Assembly: GCA_015486535.1 (NCBI GenBank)
Contig: WFRK01000005.1
Span: forward strand, 1 to 37,075
Source of the DNA: Candidatus Microgenomates bacterium
Lineage (GTDB): Bacteria > Patescibacteriota > Microgenomatia > UBA1400 > PJMF01
Length of the DNA: 37,075 nt
Direction: 5' to 3'
The notes under the pieces were generated by a model, which was not told the origin of the DNA, did no database searches, and saw nothing but the letters and a program-made list of their open reading frames with translations. Position numbers and translations under genes: made by a program. Of this stretch, positions 9,719 to 17,192 are shown piece after piece (the stretch's first letter is position 1; every line of letters starts with the position of its first letter).

Positions 9719-10396
9719 GTGAAAAAAATTAGACAGGTCGCCATCGCTATCGCCCAAGTACACAGCCGACAACATCAGCGTTACTATGTCTATAAACGGA
9801 TCTTAGACATCACTGTCGCTCTCATTCTGATTATCATTTTTTTGCCTTTTTGGATTTTAGTCCCATTAGTGGTTTGGGTTGACTCCGGACGCCCCATTTT
9901 TTTCAAGCATAAGCGTGTCGGTAAATACGGTGAGGAATTTTATTTATTCAAATTCCGTTCGATGGTTAAGGGTGCTGATGAACTCCTTCATAAACGTGAC
10001 AAAGAACTGTTGGCAAAATTCAAAGCGAATGATTGGAAAATCGAAAATGATCCCCGCATCACTCGTGTCGGTAAAAGTTTAAGGCGCTTAACGATTGATG
10101 AATTCCCCCAACTTTTTAATGTCCTTAAGGGTGAGATGAGTGTCGTCGGACCGAGAGCTTATGTAGCCAAAGAATTGATTGAGCAAACAAAACGTTATCC
10201 AACGACAAGAAAGTATTTGCCTTACATTTTGTCAATTAAACCCGGTATCACCGGTGTTTGGCAAGTGAACGGGCGCAATGACATCCCCTTTACACAACGT
10301 TCGGCCATGGATGCGGCTTACGCCAAACGTCATCACATCGTTGAAGATATCCTTATTCTCCTAAAAACGCCAAAAGCGATGATTTCTCGCTGGTAA
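9719..10396 (+). CDS. Priming phosphoglycosyl transferase (Bac_transf; WbaP/WcaJ/PglC-type small PGT)
   Basis: 'KRILDI', 'FFKHKRVG..G..F..FKFRSM', 'DPRITRVGK.LR..IDEFPQLFNVLKGEMSVVGPR' and 'KPGITGVWQVNGRND'. Confidence 0.93.
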   Translation: MKKIRQVAIAIAQVHSRQHQRYYVYKRILDITVALILIIIFLPFWILVPLVVWVDSGRPIFFKHKRVGKYGEEFYLFKFRSMVKGADELLHKRDKELLAKFKANDWKIENDPRITRVGKSLRRLTIDEFPQLFNVLKGEMSVVGPRAYVAKELIEQTKRYPTTRKYLPYILSIKPGITGVWQVNGRNDIPFTQRSAMDAAYAKRHHIVEDILILLKTPKAMISRW

Positions 10397-10430
10397 TTTG
10401 CTTTTTTTTCTTTTATACTTTTCTTTGTCT

Positions 10431-12416
10431 ATGCTGAATTTGGATCCAACGCAACCAACAACAAAAGTCAAAGACGTGCTTCGCGGTGAAGCGACTGAAG
10501 CAGCTCAAATGAATCAATCGCCTGAATCAACAAAGATGAACGGCAAAAAAAGAAAATCAAAGAAAAAAATCTTGTTTATTATCGCGATCTTCCTGCTTTT
10601 TTTACTGAGCACTGCTGCTGGTCTGGCTTTTTACACTTATACCATTGTTAACCAATTGAAAAATCAGGCGGCGGAGGTGAAGCAATCAAGCGAGACAGCC
10701 TATACACAATTCAAGCAACAGAATTTACCAGCGACAAAAACCGCTCTTGATCAAGCACAGACTGAACTCGGTCAACTCAAATTAACCTACACCAAATTAA
10801 ATTTCTATCGCTTCTTTCCTCTGGTAAATTTATACTATGCCGACGGAGAACATGGGTTGGCGGCGACACAGTCAACCATTGCCGCCGGTCAAAAGGCGAT
10901 TGACGTTCTGGTACCTTATGCCGATGTGCTTGGTTTCACCGGCAAAGGAAGTTTTACCGGCGGCACGGCGGAAGACCGATTGGGTTTGATTTTGAAGACG
11001 ATCGACAAACTTTTACCGCAAATGGACGCAATGCAGGCTGATTTGAAAAACGCCGATGAGCAGCTGGCTCAAATCGATCCCCAACGCTACCCGGAAAATT
11101 ACCGTGGCCTGGCAATTCGTGCCAAGTTAATCCAAGCACGCAGCACTCTTCACGGAGCCAATGAGGCCCTATCAACCTATCGACCGGTGATCGCTCGACT
11201 CCCCAGTTTAGCCGGAGCCGAGGGAAAACGAAAAAAATATTTGGTTCTTTTTCAAAATGATAATGAGTTAAGACCAACAGGTGGATTTTTGACTGCTTAT
11301 GCGGTCGTCTTTGTTGAAAATGGCAAAGTCACTCCAGAGAAATCGGATGATATTTATGAATTGGATAAAAAATTTAGGAAGAGAATTCCCATTCCCGCCG
11401 CATTGGGTCGTTATCTCACAACTGAAAAATACTGGCACTTAAGGGACATGAACATCGATCCTGATTTCAAACAATCGATGGACACTTTTTATCGCTACTA
11501 CAAGCTGGTACCTGGAGAACCAAACAACATTGATGGCATTATTGCTTTGGATACGCAATTCCTGGTTCATTTGATGAACATTCTCGGACCGGTTCAAGTA
11601 CCCGGTTACGGTACTTTTAGCGCTAAAAATGATAAAAGCTGCGATTGTCCCCAGATTATTCATGTCTTATCAGAAATTATTACTCGGCCAACACCATATA
11701 TCCGTAAACATCGTAAAGGCATTTTAGGTCCGTTAATGCGAGCGATTATCATTAAAGCTTATGGCGCTCCCAAAGCCCAGTGGCCCGGTTTATTCGGACA
11801 GTTCTTCACCGATATCGAAGCCAAACATATTCAGTTTTATTTCCTCAATCAAGCCGATGAAAAAGCGGCGACGTTAATTAATGCCACAGGAGAGATGAAG
11901 CCCAAACCGAACTCGGATTATTTGGCGGTGATTGATGCCAATTTAGCTGGTGCCAAATCAAATCTTTATGTACGAAATAGTCTGAAAGAAACAGTCAAGC
12001 CACCAGTCAAAGGAGAAATGGAGAAAACATTGGAAATTACTTACAAAAACCCCCGTCGGGCCGACAATTGTAATCTTGAAGCGGGCCTACTTTGTTTAAA
12101 CTCGACCTTAAAAGATTGGAATCGGATTTATTTACCCGCAGGGAGTAAGTTGATCAAGGCGCAAGGTTATTTAGAACCACCGAAAGTCTATCAAGCACAA
12201 GGTTTCACGGTCGTCGATGGTTTCTTTATTCTTGAACCTAAAGGTGTCGCAAAACTGAAATTGGATTATCGCGTGCCTTACCAAGATGAAAAAGTTTACC
12301 GTCTCCATATTTTCAAACAGGCCGGTATCCGTCAATATCCATTTTTAATTAATGTGAATGGTAATGAAACACGTTTAACCATTAATAAAGATACTGACTT
12401 TAAGAGTCAATTTTAA
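10431..12416 (+). CDS. DUF4012 domain membrane-anchored extracellular protein
   Basis: Basic patch plus a single TM, a long helical region, then 'KYLVLFQNDNELRPTGGF' and 'LRDMNIDPDF...DGIIALD', characteristic of DUF4012. Start placed at ATG 10431, downstream of a TATACT box. Confidence 0.78.
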   Translation: MLNLDPTQPTTKVKDVLRGEATEAAQMNQSPESTKMNGKKRKSKKKILFIIAIFLLFLLSTAAGLAFYTYTIVNQLKNQAAEVKQSSETAYTQFKQQNLPATKTALDQAQTELGQLKLTYTKLNFYRFFPLVNLYYADGEHGLAATQSTIAAGQKAIDVLVPYADVLGFTGKGSFTGGTAEDRLGLILKTIDKLLPQMDAMQADLKNADEQLAQIDPQRYPENYRGLAIRAKLIQARSTLHGANEALSTYRPVIARLPSLAGAEGKRKKYLVLFQNDNELRPTGGFLTAYAVVFVENGKVTPEKSDDIYELDKKFRKRIPIPAALGRYLTTEKYWHLRDMNIDPDFKQSMDTFYRYYKLVPGEPNNIDGIIALDTQFLVHLMNILGPVQVPGYGTFSAKNDKSCDCPQIIHVLSEIITRPTPYIRKHRKGILGPLMRAIIIKAYGAPKAQWPGLFGQFFTDIEAKHIQFYFLNQADEKAATLINATGEMKPKPNSDYLAVIDANLAGAKSNLYVRNSLKETVKPPVKGEMEKTLEITYKNPRRADNCNLEAGLLCLNSTLKDWNRIYLPAGSKLIKAQGYLEPPKVYQAQGFTVVDGFFILEPKGVAKLKLDYRVPYQDEKVYRLHIFKQAGIRQYPFLINVNGNETRLTINKDTDFKSQF

Positions 12417-12965
12417 ATGTTAGCTAGAAGCTTTAAGGTCAAAGGTCTGATTCTGAAACGAGCTAACTTTGGCGAAGCTGATCAGATTATTCATTTTTTA
12501 ACCCTTGAATATGGTAATTTTGCGGCGGTCGCTAAGGGGGTGCGACGACTCCGATCAAAAAAAATGGGCACTCTAGAACCGGGTAATCTTGTCCATGCTT
12601 TTTTCATTCGCACTAAAGGCTTGCCTTTAGTGACCCAAATCGGCCAACGAAAAAGCATCGACTTTTCACAATTGGATCTCAAACAAATGAAATTGTTGCT
12701 CCAACTTTTAGAGACGTTCGACAAATTATTTGTTGAAGAGGAGCTAGATCGTTATAGTTTCCAGCAAATTCTTTCATTGAGACAGTTAGTGCTCAATCGG
12801 GCTGAGCCAAGATCGGCAATTCAAACTCAGTTAGCTGATCTCATTAGTCATTTGGGATTTCAGCATCCTCAACAAAGCCATTTTAGCAGCCTGACAGCTT
12901 ATATTGAGGCGCTAACGGAAACCCAACTTAACAGTGGTCGATTTTTGAAAGTTAAGGTAAAATAG
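12417..12965 (+). CDS. recO: DNA repair protein RecO (short form, no Zn finger)
   Basis: OB-fold N-terminus 'KGLILKRANFGEADQIIHFLT.EYG...AVAKGVRRLRSKKMG.LEP'; adjacent to GlyRS. Confidence 0.88.
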   Translation: MLARSFKVKGLILKRANFGEADQIIHFLTLEYGNFAAVAKGVRRLRSKKMGTLEPGNLVHAFFIRTKGLPLVTQIGQRKSIDFSQLDLKQMKLLLQLLETFDKLFVEEELDRYSFQQILSLRQLVLNRAEPRSAIQTQLADLISHLGFQHPQQSHFSSLTAYIEALTETQLNSGRFLKVKVK

Positions 12966-12969
12966 GTTT

Positions 12970-14388
12970 ATGTCAACGCCAAGTCTGAATGAAATTGTTT
13001 CCCTTGCCAAACGTCGTGGTTTTGTTTATCCTTCGTCAAGCATTTATGGCGGTTTGGCTAACGCTTACGATTATGGTCCCCTTGGTTCGCAGCTGATGAA
13101 AAACATCCGTGATGCCTGGTGGCATCACTTCATTGAATCACGCGCCGATATGGTTGGTCTTGATTCTCAGGTCATTCAACACCCAAACACCTGGATCGCT
13201 TCCGGTCATGTCGCATCATTTAATGATCCTCTCGTAGAAGATACCGTTAATCACAAACGCTATCGTGCCGATCATTTAGTCGAGGGTTGGTTGAAAGAAC
13301 AGAAAGAACCACCAACGGTTGACGTTGACAGTCTCTCCCTTGCCGAGTTGGCTGATTTCATTCAAATTCATCACGTTTTAAGTCCCGACCGAAATCCGGT
13401 TACACCACCGAAACCATTCAGTCTCTTATTCAAGACACATATTGGCACTATTGAGGGAGATCAGGACGAGGTTTATCTCCGCGGTGAAACGGCCCAAGGT
13501 ATTTTCCTTAATTTTAAAAACATTCTGGATTCGACCCGTGTCAAGCTTCCGTTTGGCATTGGCCAAATTGGCAAAAGTTTCCGTAATGAAATTACGACCG
13601 GCCAATTTGTTTTCCGCACTTTCGAATTTGAACAAGCAGAAATTGAGTACTTCTTTAACCCAAAAACAACTGCCTGGCAACCATTATTTAAACGTTGGCA
13701 GACAGAGATGTGGCAGTTTATCACTGACACTCTTGGTGTCGAGGCCAAACATCTTCGCTGGCGTCAGCATTCTGATGCCGAGAGAAGTTTTTATAGTCGG
13801 GAAACTTATGATCTCGATTATCAATTTTCTTTTGGTTTTAAGGAGTTATGGGGCATCGCTTATCGTACCGATTATGATTTACAGCAACAGATGAAATTTT
13901 CCGGTCAAGATCTGAGTTACATTGACCCTTACACTCAAGAAAAATTTATGCCTCATGTCATCGAGCCGGCTTTGGGTTTGAATCGAGTTTTTCTGATGCT
14001 CTTAACTGATGCCTACCACGTTGACCCAATCAACCAACGTCATTATCTGCGCTTAAAACCGGATTTGGCCCCTTATCATCTTGCCGTCTTTCCCTTATTG
14101 AAAAATAAACCTGCTTTAGTCAAAAAAGCGCAAACAATTTTTCATCGTCTTCAATCTCACTATCGTGTCACTTGGGACGAACGAGGTAATATCGGCAAAC
14201 GCTATCTTTACCAAGATGAAATTGGCACTCCTTTTGCCTTAACGATTGATTTTGAAACACTTGATGATGAAGCGGTAACGGTGAGAAATAGAAATACAAC
14301 TACCCAAAAAAGAGTGGGTCTGAATAAACTTGAGCGCTATCTCCAACAAAATTTAAACAAGACACAAAAGAATCTCTCAATTGATTAA
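12970..14388 (+). CDS. glyQS: Glycine--tRNA ligase, homodimeric alpha2 type
   Basis: 'SLAKRRGFVYPSSSIYGG', 'YDYGPLG', 'LRGETAQGIF.NF', 'QIGKSFRNEIT', 'PHVIEPALG..R' and anticodon domain 'GNIGKRY..QDEIGTPF'. Confidence 0.96.
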   Translation: MSTPSLNEIVSLAKRRGFVYPSSSIYGGLANAYDYGPLGSQLMKNIRDAWWHHFIESRADMVGLDSQVIQHPNTWIASGHVASFNDPLVEDTVNHKRYRADHLVEGWLKEQKEPPTVDVDSLSLAELADFIQIHHVLSPDRNPVTPPKPFSLLFKTHIGTIEGDQDEVYLRGETAQGIFLNFKNILDSTRVKLPFGIGQIGKSFRNEITTGQFVFRTFEFEQAEIEYFFNPKTTAWQPLFKRWQTEMWQFITDTLGVEAKHLRWRQHSDAERSFYSRETYDLDYQFSFGFKELWGIAYRTDYDLQQQMKFSGQDLSYIDPYTQEKFMPHVIEPALGLNRVFLMLLTDAYHVDPINQRHYLRLKPDLAPYHLAVFPLLKNKPALVKKAQTIFHRLQSHYRVTWDERGNIGKRYLYQDEIGTPFALTIDFETLDDEAVTVRNRNTTTQKRVGLNKLERYLQQNLNKTQKNLSID

Positions 14389-14430
14389 GTCTCAAACAAT
14401 AATTTATTTATCAATTAAGGAAAAACTAAA

Positions 14431-15318
14431 ATGCAAGTTGAATCAGATACTTCAATGCCAACCAGCAAAAATCAATCCTCTGTCATGAAATCTAAATCAC
14501 TTTGGTTAATTGTCGCTGGAATTTCTTTAAGTTTACTTTTATTGGCAATAGTGGCTTTCTTCTTTATTCAAAGACAATTTCAGCAACCGGCGGCAAAAAC
14601 AATCACGCAACCAAAAAAACGAAAACTGAGTCAACCGCTGAATGTAATTCCCTTACAAAAACGACCTTACCTTAGTATCTCACCTGAAGTGGATGGTCAT
14701 CACCTTGTCATTCATATCGATCATCTCGTCAAGGGTGCTGCCAGCGCTGAATATGAACTGGAGTATCAAACGGGCAGCATGCTCCAAGGTGCTTTCGGTG
14801 AAATTCAATTAGCCCAATTACCGGCAAGAGAAACGGTTTTCCTCGGCAGCTGTAGTGCTGGAGGCGCCTGCACTTATCATGAAAACATCAAGGGAGGCTC
14901 TTTATTAACCCGTTTCAAAGGTGAACATAATTATGCACTGAAGTCGGATTTTCGTTTTTATGAGACACAAAAAATGACCGATACCACTTTTGCTTCACGC
15001 GATGCGAAATTTCGTTTGACCAGTACTGATTTGATCAAAAATAAATATGTCATTATCTTTAACGGGGCTGGGATACCCAAAGCAGATAAACTTAAAGGTG
15101 AAATTTTATCCGATCCGTTCATCATTGCCGTCAGTGGCCATCTTAAGGGCGACGCAAGCGAACTCAGTATTCTCACTCGCCAACCGGGAGCAACCGCTAT
15201 TGCGGGCTGGGATGGTCAAAATTGGCGTTACTTTCCAGTGAAAACTAATGTTGGCAGTAAAACGATTGATTTGAAAAACCTGCCTTTGATGAAAATTTAT
15301 CTGGCAATGAAACGTTAA
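14431..15318 (+). CDS. Hypothetical membrane-anchored extracellular protein
   Basis: SD-like AAGGA, N-terminal TM helix, beta-rich ectodomain with paired Cys 'LGSCSAGGACTYH'. No family recognised. Confidence 0.75.
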   Translation: MQVESDTSMPTSKNQSSVMKSKSLWLIVAGISLSLLLLAIVAFFFIQRQFQQPAAKTITQPKKRKLSQPLNVIPLQKRPYLSISPEVDGHHLVIHIDHLVKGAASAEYELEYQTGSMLQGAFGEIQLAQLPARETVFLGSCSAGGACTYHENIKGGSLLTRFKGEHNYALKSDFRFYETQKMTDTTFASRDAKFRLTSTDLIKNKYVIIFNGAGIPKADKLKGEILSDPFIIAVSGHLKGDASELSILTRQPGATAIAGWDGQNWRYFPVKTNVGSKTIDLKNLPLMKIYLAMKR

Positions 15319-15435
15319 TCAATCGCTCCCTTCATTCCTCAGAATAATCTTCTTGTTTTCCTTGTTTTCCTCGCCGAGATTATCTCCGCTGCCATCTAAC
15401 TTCTCCCAGCTGACTTTAATTTCCTCTTGCATCAT
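15319..15435 (-). CDS. Candidate 38-aa small ORF divergent from mraZ
   Basis: Manual translation: MMQEEIKVSWEKLDGSGDNLGEENKENKKIILRNEGSD*. Its TGA abuts the TAA of the convergent gene (15318/15319), and the minus strand is purine-rich here. Confidence 0.35.
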   Translation of the reverse strand: MMQEEIKVSWEKLDGSGDNLGEENKENKKIILRNEGSD

Positions 15436-15456
15436 TGTGGTAAAAAGTGGTAAAGT
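15427..15456 (+). promoter_or_regulatory. Pmra promoter with overlapping MraZ-binding GTGG repeats
   Basis: TTGCAT (15427-32), N18, extended -10 TG-G-TAAAGT (15448-56). GTGG repeats at 15437-40 and 15447-50 (GTGG-N6-GTGG, 10-bp period) match known MraZ operators. Confidence 0.7.
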
Positions 15457-15522
15457 ATCTTATAAGTTAAAAATACCTTGATAACCAGAGAAAAAACTTT
15501 ATTCAAGGTCAATTATAAATTT

Positions 15523-15951
15523 ATGTTTATCGGCCGATACTATCACACACTAGAACAGAAGAGACGCTTGTCTTTGCCGAAAGTTTTTCGCGATCAAGCA
15601 AACCAATGGGTGGTCACACGTGGTTTGGATGGCGGTTTATTTTTAATGAAAGCAGCCGAATTTAAAAAAAATCTGCAACAACTGGCGCAACGCAGTTTTA
15701 CCAAAAAAGATAATCGTGATTTTGTGCGTTTAATGGCTCATGATGCGAAGCAACTCACACCCGACAAACTTGGTCGAATCCAACTGCCCGAATATTTGAC
15801 TCAATTAGCTCAGCTAAAAAAGAATCTTGTTGTTGTTGGTTCCTATGACCATGTTGAAATTTGGGACCAAATAAAATATCACCAATATCTTGAAAAATTA
15901 GAGAAAAAAGCGGAAGTGATTGCCGAAAGATTGGAAGATGTCACTAACTAA
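15523..15951 (+). CDS. mraZ: Transcriptional regulator MraZ
   Basis: 'MFIGRYYHTLEQKRRLSLPKVFR', 'VVTRGLDGGL', 'DKLGRIQLP..L' and 'VVVGSYDHVEIWD'. The true start is ATG 15523. Confidence 0.95.
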   Translation: MFIGRYYHTLEQKRRLSLPKVFRDQANQWVVTRGLDGGLFLMKAAEFKKNLQQLAQRSFTKKDNRDFVRLMAHDAKQLTPDKLGRIQLPEYLTQLAQLKKNLVVVGSYDHVEIWDQIKYHQYLEKLEKKAEVIAERLEDVTN

Positions 15952-16834
15952 AGCCTTACACCAACCGGTAATGCTGACCACCACACTAGAGTGGTTGGCA
16001 ATTAAACCGGGGCAGTGGTACGTCGACGCTACTTTTGGTCGCGGCGGTCACACTCAGGCAATGCTGCAACAAAAAGCGAGAGTGATTGCTTTTGACTTCG
16101 ATAGTGAAGCAATTAACTATGGCAAAACTCATTTGCAACGGTTTATTCAAACAGGAAAATTAATTCTTATTCGACGCAATTTTGATCAGTTGCAAGAGAC
16201 CGTGGCTAACTTAGAAAAAAAAGGGATTGTCTCAGCCATTTCGGCCATTTTATTTGATTTTGGCACCAGTGTCGATCAATTAAAATCAAAAGAAAGAGGC
16301 TTCAGTTTTGCTCATGAAGCACCATTGGATATGAGAATGGATCAAAAATTGGCCGTCACCGCCGCCGATTTACTCCGTTTTCTGAATGAAAAACAATTAC
16401 GACAACTTTTTTGGCAGTATGGCGGTGAAAAAAAAGCGCGCGCCATTGCCCATGCCATCAAACAAACAAATCAACCGATTGAGACAACTCAAGCACTGGT
16501 TCAATTGGTTCTTAACATCAAGGGTAAACGACACGGCAAGTTACATCCTGCTACGAAAGTATTTCAAGCTTTAAGAATTGCGGTTAATAGTGAACTGGAT
16601 AATATCATTACTGTTTTACCTCAAGCGATCGAAATTCTGGCCTCAAAAGGTCGTCTCATTGCCATCAGTTTTCATGAAGGCGAAGACAGACTAATCAAGC
16701 AAACATTTAAGTCCTGGCAACTAGAAAATTTGGGCAAGATACTGACTAAAAAACCGCTGACTCCGAATGAACAAGAACTTAGTTTTAACCAACGTGCTCG
16801 TAGCGCTAAATTGCGCGTATTCGAAAAAATATGA
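15938..16834 (+). CDS. rsmH: 16S rRNA m4C1402 methyltransferase RsmH
   Basis: 'HQPVML', 'YVDATFGRGGHT', 'ERGFSF..EAPLDMRMD', 'HPATKVFQALRIAVNSEL', 'ISFHEGEDR' and 'N.RARSAKLR'. Confidence 0.97.
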   Translation: MSLTKALHQPVMLTTTLEWLAIKPGQWYVDATFGRGGHTQAMLQQKARVIAFDFDSEAINYGKTHLQRFIQTGKLILIRRNFDQLQETVANLEKKGIVSAISAILFDFGTSVDQLKSKERGFSFAHEAPLDMRMDQKLAVTAADLLRFLNEKQLRQLFWQYGGEKKARAIAHAIKQTNQPIETTQALVQLVLNIKGKRHGKLHPATKVFQALRIAVNSELDNIITVLPQAIEILASKGRLIAISFHEGEDRLIKQTFKSWQLENLGKILTKKPLTPNEQELSFNQRARSAKLRVFEKI

Positions 16835-17145
16835 CCAAACATTTAAAAACTCAACCCAGAAAAAAATTCGGCCTCACCGGCTACTACTCATTGCTGGCTC
16901 TTTTAGTCATCTGGCAATTAGGCCTGACTCTTTACCATATTGGTAACAGTATTGGCTGTCGCGCTCAATTGGCGCAACTCAGTCATCAATATCACCTTCT
17001 CAGCCAACAAAAAATGCAGCTCAGTTTAAAAAGCAGTCAAAAAGTGAGTTTGGCCACGGTTGAAAAAAAAGCCGAAAGCGACGGTTTTGTGAAAATTCAA
17101 CGAGTTGCTCGCATCGGTTTAAAACAACACTTGGCCGCTCTTTGA
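16831..17145 (+). CDS. ftsL: Probable cell division protein FtsL
   Basis: Lies between rsmH and ftsI; short basic N-terminus, one TM, Leu/Gln heptad coil, and 'SLATVEKKAESDGF' (cf. 'IE..A...LG'). Confidence 0.65.
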   Translation: MTKHLKTQPRKKFGLTGYYSLLALLVIWQLGLTLYHIGNSIGCRAQLAQLSHQYHLLSQQKMQLSLKSSQKVSLATVEKKAESDGFVKIQRVARIGLKQHLAAL

Positions 17146-17157
17146 CGTTAATTACCC

Positions 17158-17186
17158 TTAAATTTCGCCATCGAAATTGTTAGACT
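17158..17186 (+). promoter_or_regulatory. Putative internal promoter for ftsI with an inverted repeat in the spacer
   Basis: TTAAAT, N17, TAGACT with a TG extension (17178-79). IR AATTTCG-CCAT-CGAAATT at 17161-17178. ATG lies 6 nt after the -10. Confidence 0.45.
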
Positions 17187-17192
17187 AAGGCT

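Noticed and set aside
10402-10409. T8 tract upstream of the DUF4012 gene as a phase-variation switch
   Set aside because: A7-A8 and T7-T8 runs are frequent throughout this AT-rich window, and no convincing -35 brackets the tract.
12417-14388. recO-glyQS adjacency as a novel association
   Set aside because: recO next to glycyl-tRNA synthetase genes is well-known synteny, for example in Firmicutes.
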